Shown one piece after another: positions 9,925 through 24,076 of a stretch of DNA of 64,000 nt. The DNA lies in assembly GCF_000143415.4 (NCBI RefSeq), contig NW_003314261.1, forward strand, positions 6,413,729 to 6,477,728, given 5' to 3'. The position numbers and the translations under genes are program-made. Under the pieces are notes generated by a model. That model worked only from the letters and a program-made list of their open reading frames with translations, was not told where the DNA came from and ran no database searches. Source of the stretch: Selaginella moellendorffii. Lineage: Eukaryota; Plantae; Lycopodiophyta. Position 1 is the stretch's first letter. Each line of letters opens with the position of its first letter.

Positions 9925-12816
9925 TCACCAGTAGTCACCACAGGAGCAAACGCCATCCTCGCAGTGATGAAACCTCGCGCTGTCCCGCACAACAATCCTC
10001 CTCCCAACCATCCTGGAGACGAGCTTGATCGTGGTGTGACACTCGACGCAAACTCTGAGGTTCTTGGTCACCAGCAGCGGAGTTCCGGGAGGTGTGGCGA
10101 TCAGTCCAAACGCCATCGCCAGCTTCTCGCTGTGGTGAGCCACCATCTCCTCCTGGACGCCATGGATCCCGAGCTTGCTCTCGATCATCTGGAGCTCGGC
10201 GTGGATGTGATCCTGGAGAGGATGCGTCTTGTCCCCAGCCACAAAGACGTGGAGAGCTCCATCAATCTCGATGGAACTGTAGCCGGGCTCCTTCTTCACT
10301 CCTCGCAGCTCCATCATCTTCCTCAGCTCGGCCACCTTGTCCTTCTTCCCGCTCGCCGCGTAGATGCTCGAGAGGAGGAGATACGGAGCTGCGCCGTGAG
10401 GATCCAGCACGAAGAGCCTCTCCGCCGCTCGAGCTCCTCGCTCCTCGTCCCGGTGACTTTTGCAAGCCGCCAGCAGCGACATCCACGGCATGGCGATGGC
10501 GTCCGTGTCGAAAGGCATGGTCTGGATGAGCTCCTCGGCCTGCTGCGTCTGCCCGGCCCTCCCGAGAAGATCCACCATGCAGAGGAAGTGCTCCATTGTC
10601 GGGACGATTCCAAACTCGCCTCTCGCGAGGAGGAAGCTCTCCCGGCCCCGACGCAGCGTTCCGCCATGGCTGCAAGCGACGAGCAAGCTGACGAGCGTCA
10701 CGTCGTCGAGCCCGACTCCTTCGAGGCACATCACCAGGAAGAGCTCGTCCGCCACCCCGGGGTGCCCGTTTTGCGCGTACGCCGCGAGCATGGCAGTCCA
10801 GGAGACGGTGTCGTGCCTCGCCATGGCATCAAAAACCGATTTTGATTGCTCCAGTCGGCCACACTTTGCGTAGAGATTGATGAGAGCGGTGTTGAGCACT
10901 ACGTCGGATGCAAGCTCGCTGTCTATGGCGGCGAGCGTGGAGTGGATCCTCTGGCCTTGCGTAAGAGCCGCGAGACGAGCGCAGGCGTCGAGGGCGATGA
11001 CGAAGGTGACGCGGTTGGGGCGGCAGCCATAGCTCTGCTGCTGCTCCATCGCCGCGAACAGGCGAAGAGCGTCGCCATCTCGGTCGTGCTCGACGTACCC
11101 AGCGAGCATGCAGTTCCAAGTTACGACGTTTTTGCTCGCGGTGGAGTCGAAGAGGCTGCGAGCTCGATCCAGAAGCGATGGCTGCTGCGAGTAGGCCATG
11201 ATCATGGTGTTCCTCGACACCACGTCCGGGCGGGGCATGGAGTGGAAGAGCTTCTCAGCGTGGGCGACGTCCCCGGCCTGGGCATTTGCGGTGATGAGGA
11301 GGTTCCAGGAGAAGGTATCGCGATCACGGATGGTGGCGAAGACTGCGGTGGCGTCGGCGATGCGGCCGTTTAGTGCGTAGGCCTGGAGCATCGCGTTGGC
11401 GGCGTGGGTATTCTTGAGAGGCATTTGATCGAAGGTTTTGCGAGCTTGCAGCAGATGCCCGAGTTGGGCATATCCGGTGATCATAGCGGTGAAGGTTATG
11501 GAGCTTCTTAGCGGCATTTTGTCGAAGATCTTGGCGGCTTGGGTGGGATCACGGGAGTGGAAGAAGGCGGACATGAACACCGTCCAGGAGATCACGTCCC
11601 GGCGGGGCATTGCAGCGAAGACTTCCTTCGTTTCGTCCATCGCTGTGACGCCTGCTTTGGTACACTGCTGGCTCAGGCCTTGGAGGAAGCCATTGAATGA
11701 AACAGTGTTCCACTGTGGCATCTTTTTGAAGATTTTTCTTGCGTGACTTATGTTCTCGTCCTGGCCGTAGGCGGACACGACGGTGTTCCACGACACCTCG
11801 TCCCGTTTCGGCATCTGAACGAAGAGTCTCCATGCTTCCTCCAGATGCCCATTCTCCGCATTTGCTGCAACCATAGCGTTCCACGACACCGGATCTCCCG
11901 TGAGATTCCCCTCGAATATTTTACAAGCCTCATAAAGGTAGCCATTTGCGGCATACGCCGAGAGCATCGTGTTCCAGGTGAAAGCGTCCGGATTTGGAGC
12001 TCGATCGAAGAGATCCTTGGCTTGCTCCAAGTAGCCTTGCCGCTGTGCGTATGCCGCGATGATGGTGTTCCATGACAATGTCGATTTCTCCGGCATTTCG
12101 TCGAACACTTTTCTTGCCTCCTCCAGATTGCCACTCCGCGCGTACCCCTCGATCAGCCCATTCCATGACGCTGCGTCCTTCTCCGGCATCCATTCAAACA
12201 TCTCTCTAGCGCGATCCAAATCGCCATCTTGCGCGTATGCATGAATCATCACGTTCCAAGTTACGACGCTCCTGTCCCTCGTCTCGTCGAAGACCCTGCG
12301 CGCTTCAAGTATTTGCCCGCTTTGGGCATTTGCGGTGATAATCGCGTTCCAAGAGACAGTGTCCCGCACAGGCATACGATCAAGCGTCTGTCTTGCTTCG
12401 TGAACAAGATTGTTCTTGATAAGCGCGGCGATAAGCAGATTCCACGACACAATCCCTCGCCCTTGCATTGCATGGAAAGTTTTCCACGACTGCTGTGGAT
12501 GCCCGTTCTGGGCATATGCCTGGATCATGAAGTTCCAGGTGTGTGGCTCCTTGTGCGGCATTCTCTCGAACACTGCGCACGCCTCCTCGATGCTGCCGCA
12601 GCTTCCATACATCTGGATGAGGAAATTCGAGAGAAAAGGGCCCTGCCCAACGCCCCATCGCGCCATGTCTGCGTGGACGCGCCGGCCCAGCGCGAGCGCC
12701 CGCGCCTTGCCACATTGCCGGAGGAGCGAGGCGTAGCGATCGGAGGAGCTGGGCGCCGCGGCATTGTCCAGGCGATTGATCGCTTCCAAGACGCCCGCCT
12801 CCAATTTCCCTCGCAT
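9925..12816 (-). CDS. PLS-class PPR protein with E and DYW deaminase domains (organellar C-to-U editing factor), intronless, 963 aa
   Basis: ~20 tandem ~31-aa VSWN-type repeats, PG box (PGYSSIE), HSEKLA, CVECH and terminal CSCGDYW. Confidence 0.96.
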   Translation of the reverse strand: MRGKLEAGVLEAINRLDNAAAPSSSDRYASLLRQCGKARALALGRRVHADMARWGVGQGPFLSNFLIQMYGSCGSIEEACAVFERMPHKEPHTWNFMIQAYAQNGHPQQSWKTFHAMQGRGIVSWNLLIAALIKNNLVHEARQTLDRMPVRDTVSWNAIITANAQSGQILEARRVFDETRDRSVVTWNVMIHAYAQDGDLDRAREMFEWMPEKDAASWNGLIEGYARSGNLEEARKVFDEMPEKSTLSWNTIIAAYAQRQGYLEQAKDLFDRAPNPDAFTWNTMLSAYAANGYLYEACKIFEGNLTGDPVSWNAMVAANAENGHLEEAWRLFVQMPKRDEVSWNTVVSAYGQDENISHARKIFKKMPQWNTVSFNGFLQGLSQQCTKAGVTAMDETKEVFAAMPRRDVISWTVFMSAFFHSRDPTQAAKIFDKMPLRSSITFTAMITGYAQLGHLLQARKTFDQMPLKNTHAANAMLQAYALNGRIADATAVFATIRDRDTFSWNLLITANAQAGDVAHAEKLFHSMPRPDVVSRNTMIMAYSQQPSLLDRARSLFDSTASKNVVTWNCMLAGYVEHDRDGDALRLFAAMEQQQSYGCRPNRVTFVIALDACARLAALTQGQRIHSTLAAIDSELASDVVLNTALINLYAKCGRLEQSKSVFDAMARHDTVSWTAMLAAYAQNGHPGVADELFLVMCLEGVGLDDVTLVSLLVACSHGGTLRRGRESFLLARGEFGIVPTMEHFLCMVDLLGRAGQTQQAEELIQTMPFDTDAIAMPWMSLLAACKSHRDEERGARAAERLFVLDPHGAAPYLLLSSIYAASGKKDKVAELRKMMELRGVKKEPGYSSIEIDGALHVFVAGDKTHPLQDHIHAELQMIESKLGIHGVQEEMVAHHSEKLAMAFGLIATPPGTPLLVTKNLRVCVECHTTIKLVSRMVGRRIVVRDSARFHHCEDGVCSCGDYW

Positions 12817-13855
12817 CGAGCAGGACGAGGCATATTCCTGGCATAGTTCCCCGCGGTGGAATGTGCACTGGTATATTCACCTTTCTTCTTCGCCCACCTG
12901 GGCATTAAATGAAAGAGCAGGGGGTGAGGGAAGCATTGGCTATGGCGACTGGCGACTTCGCTGGTGGATCGAAATGAATGAAAGTAGTAGGGTTGTTGCG
13001 GTACAAGGGACCCACGAAACCATTTTCTTTCTCTCGATCGCTCCAATCCTGAGATGCCCAGCAGCGGGCATTTACCCATTCTCTCGCAGAGCCTGTCGGC
13101 GGTAGCATGATTGAGTGCGAGCGATCAACGCTCAGCCCAACGAATCGACCCAGCAATCCAAATTACGCCCAAGAATCGAATCGGTCGATCCAACAAAAAT
13201 TCATCCTTTTGTGGTTCTTGTTCTTGATATCCGCGAGATTTCCTCACACACAGGCAATCGAGCGAGCAAGCAAAGATGGATCCGGAGTTACAAGCCAGCC
13301 AGACGATCAGAGGATGTGAAGTGGGGATTTAAAGGGGAGCGTTTTTTGGTGGTGGTGTGTGTCTGTAACGACGAAGAACAGATGGAGATGGAGCAGTGGG
13401 GCAAATAGCAAAGGAATAAAACGACACAGCACGCATCAATCGATCATAGGGCTAGCATTTGGTTGCTTTCTTTTGTTTTTGTCTTTCTTTTCTTTCTTTC
13501 TCTCAAAGCGAGCTCTTCTCCTGTAAGGCTGCACTGCGCTCTCTGTGCTTTGTCTCTCCATCTCTCTCATTCTCTTCCTGTCTTGTCGATCTGTGGGCCT
13601 TTAGTTCGTTTCATCGTTTAGTTTCGCGACGCTCGACAATCTTGAGTGGACGAAACAGTAGCGCGAAAGAGATCTTCCGCAACTTGGTCCCAAGCTTCTT
13701 CCTTTTACATTGGGATAGAACTCACAGAATTCGTCAAGGTCGTGTGGAAAAGCTAGCGTGTGAGCGTTTCTCTCGCAATTCGAGGCGAGATCGATCGAGA
13801 GCTTGAAAGCGTTTCTTTCGGTGCCACTGTTTTCCTTCTTGGTGTGGTTTTGGCG

Positions 13856-14499
13856 ATGGGGAATTGCCATGCATCGGATGCAGTGGCTGCAGTGGTGGAG
13901 TACCCAGGAGGACGAATCGAGAAAATCTACTGGAGTGTGACTGCGAGGCAGCTGATGCTGCAAAATCCGGGTCATTACGTTGGAATGTTCGTGTGGCCAA
14001 AGGCATCGCCCAGTTCCGGCTCGCAATCTTTCAAGCCCAAGCTCAAGTTGCTTCCGCCGGCAGCGATGCTGAGCATTGGGAAATGCTATCGTCTTGTCAC
14101 GTATGAAGGTAACTACACTCGTGTGTTTTCTCCTCTGATGACACCATAGGCAGAGTGTTTGTGGGACAAGTGATCTTATAAATCGGTTTGCAGAAGTGAT
14201 TGGAGATCTCACTGAAGGCAAAGGAAACATAAAGATCCCCAAGGATGCGATCAAGCAAAGCATTGCCGCGTCCAAAGTCACCCCTGAATCAACCCGGACT
14301 TTCAAGTTCAGCAATGTACTACTTCAGGTACCACTTGTAATCTTTTTCTAGAAAGGAGCTTCACAGAAACTTTTCTTCTCTTCATCAGCAGCCGCAGCAA
14401 GCTGCACCTGCAGCCGCCACGGATCTCAAACCTCTCAACAGCAGGCCTGGGCAATGGAGGCCATCTCTCTACAGCATTTCAGAAATGGGAGGCAGCTGA
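13856..14499 (+). CDS. DUF4228/PADRE-family protein
   Basis: MGNC N-terminus, YPGGRIEKIYWSVTARQLMLQNPGHYV, LKLL..L.IGKCYRL, and C-terminal WRPSLYSISE. Confidence 0.85.
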
Positions 14500-15725
14500 G
14501 ACACCACCTTCATCTTTTCAGACACACAAACACACCAGAGTAACAGAGCATCACCAACTTGTAAAATCAAAAGGTGATAGCTAGGTGATCAGATCCAGCC
14601 AGTGTACATTGCTTGAAACCTTGGTCCAGCAGAGTTCTCTCTGAACCTAGTAGCCCATGGAATACCATGATCAACCAAAAAACAATCGGCCCGTCAAAAT
14701 CAATCAATCAATCAATGGGCACCAGGGGTTGCCTCTGGCAATGACAAAAACAGAAGAAAAAAAAAAACAGAGAGAGAGAGAGAGAGAAGGAAAACCTCCA
14801 AGAAAACAAACATGTGACTCTGTGATGATCTCTTTTTTATTTTCTTGTTGGCCTAAATGGGTGTCCTGCCCCTGCTCACATGGGGCCTGGCTGGCATCAT
14901 TTGAGCCACAAACCACAGAAAAATGCACAGATTCTTTCTTTATGATCATGTTAGCTAGCCATGTGACACTTCAAACATACAGCCTCCCTCTCAACCCAAG
15001 GAATGTTTTTTTTTTCTCCAGTTGTCCAAAACCTGTGCCTCTCCTCCATACACATTACCAACACAATCATGCTGTAACACATAATGCTCCAACACAAAGC
15101 AAGGACTGGCATCATGTTTGGCATCTGGCTATGGTCAACATCCACCTAGACTGCAGGCAAGCAGTGGTGGCTGACACACTTTGGGGAGGGTTACCACCTA
15201 CATGGCTGGTGAGCTGAGCTCACACAGCAAGTTGCCACTGCTGCAAAAAGCTCATATCCTCTAAATGCTGGAATGCAAATAAGTACCTAGAGAGAGGAGA
15301 GTGGACCTTGATAACACCAGCACCAGCAGCAACACCAAAGGAGGAACAAAATCTGGGAACAGCTGCCTGCAAGAGCAGCAGCATTATCGAACCGCTACTA
15401 CAGTGACAGATCTGCGTTCACAGCTTCTCTCCAATGTAGTTAACAAAACAAAAGAGCTTTAGTAGCAGCGGAACACTAGCTGTGTAGCAAGACTGCTGAT
15501 GTAAAGTTCATGCCTACCTCCTCCTCCCTCCTACTCGTCGTCGCCCAGCAGCGGGGCAGCGGTGCAGCGGCACAGGTCTCGATGTACATGGATGGAAAGA
15601 AACCAGGAACACTGAAGTGATCGCAGGCGGCAGCTTTTCTCGCAAAAGAGACGTATGTGTGTCTGAGTGTCATGCGGTTCTTGTGTTTTCTGTCTCTCCG
15701 GCTGGCGTCTGAGTTGAGCCTTTGC

Positions 15726-18079
15726 TTAGACCTGTGGCGGCGGGAAGTACTTGTTCAGATTGAAGGGCAGCTTGTAAAACTCCTCGTTGGTGGCACTCGT
15801 CTTCCACTTGTGATACTTTTTCCACCAGCCGTATCCCCTGTTCTTCTTATGAGTCTTGAGCGCGTTGTCGAGGATGACTACAAGGATGAACCCCACCATG
15901 GCATTCGATGAAAATATTGTGTTGAGGATATCATTGAACTGCACGGTGGACAAGTTAGCGAAGTGTCGCTTTCTGACACAGCCAGAAATGAAAACCTTAC
16001 CCAGCCTGCTCCAGTATGTACAGGGCCGTGGCCACTGGAGATAGTGAATTCGTAGAAGTACTGTGGAATTGAGAACCCCATAAAAAGCGTGAAGCCCAGA
16101 ATGAATAAGTTGCGGATGATATTTAGATTCGTGAATTGAAGATATGAAAGACCAACGGCAGCTGAGGAAGGAAAGTAAAACAAGGTTGTGAGAAATACTT
16201 GTAAGGCTTACCAAGGACAGCGTAAAGAACAGAATTTATAGCAGCGACGATCGGCTGGGGAATTGAAGCAACAATAGCTCCAAATTTTCCTGCATGAAAA
16301 AACAAATGAGTGTAACAGATCGCGAGGTTGTCTGAAGGTACCAAAGATAGACAAAACTATCATAAACAGTGCTGCAATTTGAACAGTAAGCCTACTGCCA
16401 ACTCTGGTAAGACCAACAAGCCCAGCATTTTCCCTGGAAGAGGACAACAGATGTGTTGAAAAACGTTTTCACAAATTTCTAGCTTTCTACTTACACGGAA
16501 ACAGCGGACCCCGTGATGGTTCCAAAAAGACCATTCAAGAGAACACCGATACCCTGCAAACCAGAACGCGATAATCAAGATATGAAGGAAAACATTTTAC
16601 AAACCTGCCAACCGATACTTCGGCCCACGATGAAAGGCGGTGGCGGAGTTGCATTCGACAGCCTTGACACACCGTATATTGTCGCTGTGGACTGTTTGTC
16701 CATGAGCACGTTAGTTGCAGGTTTACAATCTACACTTTTGAGCGTACCTCAACTTGTGAAACAAAAGCCGATGCAAGAAAAGCGAATGCATCACCGGCAT
16801 TAAATGTTGGAGCACCCCATTCAAGAGGAAATGGAAGTCGCACCCTGAAGTCAGGCTTGATTTAACTCCAACATCAGAAACTTCAAATCATACCAGGGGG
16901 CAGTTTTCACGAAGTGAGCTCGGTCTGTTCGACAGTGATCTTTTCCAAGCTCTGTCGCGTGTTTATATGCACCACTGACGGTCAGTAGATGAGCATAAGC
17001 CCATATAATGGCCGCGCTTATAAGCACTGGAAAGCGCTCAAAGAAAGGCAGTTTTTTCTTAGCGCTTAGCCTCCCCAGGAACTACATAAAAAAGAACAGT
17101 GATCATCAGAAGCCAAAACAAGCTTAGAAAGCAACCTGGGAAATAATTATAAGGAGAATAACTTCGGGAAGTCCAATCTCGATACAGCTCGCAACCTGAC
17201 AAACAGGTTATTCTAGCGATTATTATGGGAAACAATGTTGCTGACCCCAGGAAACCCATACTCGAACAGTCCGAGGCCGACTAGAGCAATAACTGGCGCA
17301 ACAGAAAGAGGTGAAAGGTAGCTGTCAAGCAAGATCTCACACAAGTCATAACCCTGGAGTCGAGAGGCCAGAAGTTAATCACACTTACTGCAACAAAACT
17401 GCCCAAAGACCACTGAAGCCAAGGATGATCTGTATGATCGATGCGCAGATCAAAGCCCCTTGAATAGCTCGGAGTGTATGGTAGAACCTCTGTGAACACA
17501 CAGAAGCAAAGTGAGAGATAGGATAGAAACAAAGAAACTCTTAGGCGGTGGTCTCACCTCGTAATCCTCAAATATGGAGCGATACCTCGGCGAGTTCACA
17601 ATCCTCCATATTGGTATCACATACGAGAAGGACGCATTCATAACAATTGGCAGCCTCGTGCCAAAGAAGCTTTGCACGAGAGTCATAACTCCATTCACAA
17701 AGAGGAGCGTTTGAATCACTCGAATGAGCTGCTCCTGCGAGAGAAGCGAGCATGAGTGGAAGAATCATAAAAAAGAGAAAAAACAAAGGAAAGCACTGTT
17801 CGATTACCGTGTTTCCCCCCATTTCGTATACAAACAAGCTGGGAATGAGCACGGTTGTCCCGATCATAGTGACAAAATGCTGGAATCCCAAGAGAACGGC
17901 CTCGGCTGCGATGCAACAAGACAGAAGCAAGAAGAACAAGCTCGTTAATCCCTGGAAGAAACAAGAGAAAAAGGAATCCCCAAGCAAAGATTACCGATGC
18001 CGGGGCTATCGTTGGGGCAGTAGTCGATATCTGGCAGCTGATCGTGAACAAGGTGCTGATGATCCTCTTTCGCAGCCAT
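15726..18079 (-). CDS. NAT: Nucleobase-ascorbate transporter (NAT/NCS2), multi-exon
   Basis: DQLPDIDYC, LLGFQHFVTMIGTTVLIP, QTLLFVNG, FGTRLP, ENAGLVGLTRVGSR signature and C-terminal EEFYKLPFNLNKYFP. Confidence 0.93.
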
Positions 18080-18438
18080 ACCGCCGCCGCCGCCGCCCGC
18101 CACTTTGATGCGCTCCAAAAATCCAAGCCGAGAATCCAAGAAGAGCGCGGCAAGAATGCGGCCGCCAGACGCAAGAAGCACGCCCTAGGCTCCCTCCTCC
18201 CAAAGAACGAATGAAGAACCCTAGCCTAGCACGCACCAAACACGCAACTACTGTCTAACGCCGCCATAGCCAGGCGTTTAAATATGCCTAAAAACCTCGA
18301 GGGTTTTAGCTGGTATATTCGGTCCAATGGTCAAAAGATTCTTATAGTCTACCATGGTCAATATCTTGCAAGTTATAAAAGTCCATTCATTCGACTTATA
18401 ATGTACATATGAGCCGATACAAAATCCCGGATATTAAA

Positions 18439-20109
<1,671 letters not shown>

Positions 20110-20456
20110 ATCGCCTTTCCTGTCAAGAACCAAAATGCGGCCAAAAGGCATTTGCCCGTGAGAGATCGATCCTCGCTTCACATTTCCAATGACAAAACCT
20201 TGGCAAAGATCCCACGTCGCCGCCCCGCGCCGCGAGTGGAGAAGGCGAAGAATCGAGCGAAGAAAAAGCTCGCACACGGCGACAGTGCGATGCCAACACA
20301 AGATTTTGCGGTGCGCGAGCTCCGAGCAGATGATCCGCAAGAAAAAGAAGAGCTCACTCGACGCCGATCGATCGATCGATCGCTCGCTCGCTCGAGACAA
20401 AATAAAAAAACACGTTATCGCTGTGAAACCCTGGTTTCAAAGCGCAAAAAAGAGGG

Positions 20457-20645
20457 CTATATATCGGGAATAAGCGATCGCGCGTGCTAGAGCCCAATCC
20501 ACGTGGCCAGCATCCGCGCGGTGTCCACGTGGCACCATCCTGGCCGCCAGGAACACCGGGACGTCGGCCACGTGGAAGGGCGAATGGGAGCATGCGCCGC
20601 ATTATGGTGATTGCTAGCACGCGAGGTCATGGGAGCATGACGTGG
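20457..20645 (-). promoter_or_regulatory. ACL5 promoter: TATA-like box plus G-box/ABRE cluster
   Basis: TATATA at ~20458-20464; CACGTG at 20500, 20526 and 20569; TGACGTGG at 20638. Confidence 0.55.
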
Positions 20646-22098
20646 AGGAGCCAGACAGTTAAGCGTGGGGCATACAAAAAAATAATCAAACACTATGATA
20701 TGATCGATCTCCTCTCTTATTTACTTGCCCCCATAGTTGACATTCTTTGGGGTTGATAATGGAAGCGAATTTCTCTATTGGAAGATGAGGGGGCATATTC
20801 TCTATTCTCTAGGGTTTGTGGCGGTCCCTGTGGATGAGCCCTAACTTTCTTTTTCCTTTCCTTTTGGTTGTCTCCAAGGAAGCACGAAAGAGCTTTTTCT
20901 CGCTTTCTTTTTTGTCACGTAAGTTCTTTGTCTGTCCTAAATGTCCTCCTCGCTCGTGCTCGAGCACATTAGTGCTGCGCCACCCAAAAAAGCAGCGTGT
21001 TGGAATCGACTTCCATGCAGTGTATGTATCCGCGATCGATCAATTGGCACAAAAGCTGGTTGACCTCCGCTTTACTTTTGTCCAGCCTTTACCTAAACTT
21101 TTCTGTTTTGCGTATGCGTACTTAATTGTATATATGGGTATCATTGATACAGGGCGCATGCACCGTGATAAGTTTGAGGTCATGAGTTCGTGCGGAAGTT
21201 CCCAAGGTTCATGCCAGGATCATTTCGGTTGATGCCTTGTTTACGACCTCCCACAGTTTTGCTGGCAAGACTTGCCAGATCTCACGATCGTATCGAGGGC
21301 ACTTGAGTTTTTTCGAAAGCTATGTGTGTGTCTGTGTCTGTGTGTGTGGGTGGGCTTTGTAATCTTGTGGGGAGCTGCAAATCTCAAACTCCGGAAATGC
21401 TATGAAATGAAATGCTGGTGGTCACAGAGCACAATGCGGAATGATTGAGTTTCAGAGGGCCGCAATTGGTGTAGTGGAGCTCCTCTCAAATCTTTCTCTC
21501 TTTTCTTTAAGAAAATTTGGCCAAAATCTCCCAGATAACACGATGATCGGCTAAATCTCTCTCTTTTTGCCTTTGGTATAATATATCCTGTGTTGCAAAG
21601 AGAAAAGGGGGATCCTGCTAGCACTTATCAAGTGATAAAAATATCTATAAGTGGAGAACAAGTCCCAAACAACAAAAAAACATTGTCTCTTTGTGTAACA
21701 ACGTCAACCACGGGTGTCGAATCTTATATTTCTTAAAGAAAAGCTTTGCATTCGTTCTTTCAGTGAACTCCAACTTAAAAATGAAGTAACACACTATAGC
21801 TTTAGCCACTACATCACAGACAGAAAGGTTGATTATTAATAAATTAAACTGCCTTAGCAAGGATTCTAGTTCCAGGCACTGAAAAAGAATGACGCACTAT
21901 GGCTCTCAAAACGCAGACAGAAAAGCGAAGCTCTGCACAATCTTTCTGCACAATCTTCTTGCGCTTCTTCTCCCGATTCGTGATGATCTCTCTCCTTCGA
22001 GAAAAGGCGAGTATCTTGCTCTTTTCCATTCTTTTTTGGGCTCTTTTGCTTGAATCCCAATAGATACGATCCAATCGAGCATATATTCCGGGCAACAG

Positions 22099-22840
22099 TC
22101 AGAAGTAAGGCCTGTATCGCATTGCCCTTCGGAACCTCGGAATTTTCCTGGCAGAAGAATGTACACCCACGCGTGAGCCAGAGACAAATTCCGGAAAGGA
22201 GCTTTGCTCTCGATTCTTTACCCGAATCCGTAAGGAGCGTAGGCATAAGGTGGCATGTACGCTCTCCGTGTCATGTAAGCGTAGGATGGATCAAATCTCC
22301 TCCCCCGGTATTGTTTCATCCCGGGAACATTGGTTCTCTTCGCAGACACCTGATACAAAAATTTACAGAATCCAAATTCAACTTTGGAGGAAACCTTATA
22401 TACCTTTAATGGACGTCCATGGAGCTCCGATTCATTCAGCAAAATCGCATTTTGGACGGCTTCTCCTTCGAGAAACTCAACATACGCGTATCTGACAGGA
22501 AAACACAAGGCCTCAACTCAAGATTATCACAAAAGTTTGCAAAGTACCCCTTCGGTTGTCCAAACTTGTCTGTGAGAATCGTCACCCGGTTCACAGTTCC
22601 ACAAGATTGGAAATGCTGCTGGACTTCTTCGGGAGTGCACGAGTAATCCACCTGAGTAACAAGCAAAGCTGATATATTTTTTCTCTCTTTTTTTTCCAAA
22701 GGAAACAGGAAGATAAGTAAAGATCGAAAGAAACTCAACGTGAAGGGCGAGAGACTTACATTGCCAACGTAGACGGAGCGAGCATCAGCTTCCTCTTTTC
22801 CTGCTTGAGAGGCCGCATTAGCATCTGCAAAACAAGAAAA

Positions 22841-22876
<36 letters not shown>

Positions 22877-23218
22877 AACTCCTGTCAAGATCTCTGTATG
22901 GTATGATTTTTTCTAATGAGAAGAGATTGATTCTTACCTTGGCCAGCACCCATTTCTTTCTCGACCTTGGCTTGCATGTCTCGCAGAGCCGCTGCTTCGT
23001 CCTCCATTTCTTTCAGCCTCTTCTTCATGTCCTCGAGCTCCTTAAACTCCAAGAAAGCTCGCAGATCGAGAAGAGGAATTTAAGAAGAGAAAAACCTTGG
23101 CAGATCCATCGTCTCTGGCGGGCCCTTCGGCCTTTTCGTGCGCTTCCTCCTCGACCTCGTCAGGGATCTCGGCACCATACACCTCGTGCTCCTCATCGAT
23201 CGCGGCTGCCGCCTCCAT
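22099..23218 (-). CDS. PABN: Nuclear poly(A)-binding protein (PABN, single RRM)
   Basis: [25 protein letters not shown] coiled coil, [33 protein letters not shown] and terminal RYRPYF. Confidence 0.93.
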
Positions 23219-23596
23219 CGCTCAAAGATTAGGGCTTCTTGTCATTTTTGCAAGAATGGGTCAGTCAATGATACCGTTGACCAGAACAGTTTGACTTGAC
23301 CGAAAGTATGTGATAAGAGAGAATCTAGAAGAGTTCTCTAGCTCTAGCTGTCGTGTGCGATTTTTGCGGAGCTTTGGATCTTGCGTTACCATCAGCTTGA
23401 GCTCATCAAAATCCTTTGCCAGCTTCTCTGGACTTCTTCCCGATTGCTTGATCGGCAAAGGAAAAGCTGAAAAGAACGCAGCCCAAGATCCTGGAACCGG
23501 ATCTTTTTCCGTGGAAATAAGTGAATTACAATTTAAATTGAGGAAACAACGATTTCCTGGAGCACTCGAGAGATTCTTTCGCGATCCATGATGATC

Positions 23597-24076
23597 CTAT
23601 TCTTCTTGAGTGGATTCCAGCACTGTTCGTGGAAATCTGCTCATCGCACTGTGGCTCACGCTCCGGGGGACGATCTTGCCGCGGTGCGCGAATTTAATCC
23701 CCTGTTCTTGGACGCTGGCGCTCCTCGGCAGCGTCGCCGGCCCCAAATTCTCCCCAGATCCGTGAAGACCGCTACTGCGACTCTTTCTCATGCTCGCCGC
23801 CCGGATCAACTGGTAGAGATCGTCCTCGTCCTCGCTCGCCGATCGGCTGGCGTTCCTGGAGAGCGCGCCAATGTGAGGCCCCTGGATCATCATGCCGCCG
23901 CTGCTAGCCGCGAAGCTATTCATCCCTCGGACGTAGGAATCGCGAGTCATGGCCAGGCAGCGGATGGGCGAGAGGAATTGGAGATGCTTCTTGAGCGATG
24001 CTAGCACTGATCTCCAGCTGCTGGGGGACCTCCCGGTGGAGCTCTTGCCATCACTGTGGTCGTCGCCTTGATCCAT
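23597..24076 (-). CDS. Uncharacterised plant-specific protein (RDSYV / DD.LIRAAS / VPRS motifs), 159 aa, intronless
   Basis: ATG-initiated GC-rich ORF with motifs recalled from a conserved land-plant family of unknown function. Confidence 0.7.
   Translation of the reverse strand: MDQGDDHSDGKSSTGRSPSSWRSVLASLKKHLQFLSPIRCLAMTRDSYVRGMNSFAASSGGMMIQGPHIGALSRNASRSASEDEDDLYQLIRAASMRKSRSSGLHGSGENLGPATLPRSASVQEQGIKFAHRGKIVPRSVSHSAMSRFPRTVLESTQEE

Noticed and set aside
9964-13105. Many long overlapping ORFs on both strands over the PPR-DYW gene
   Set aside because: Shadow ORFs of GC-rich coding sequence with no recognisable motifs.
14657-15673. Short ORFs and splice-like signals between DUF4228 and NAT
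   Set aside because: No homology or consistent gene model; likely UTR or intergenic.
20760-21640. Possible ncRNA (telo-box-like TAGGGTTT, small stems) between ACL5 and PABN
   Set aside because: No snRNA, snoRNA, SRP or telomerase RNA hallmarks could be established by eye.
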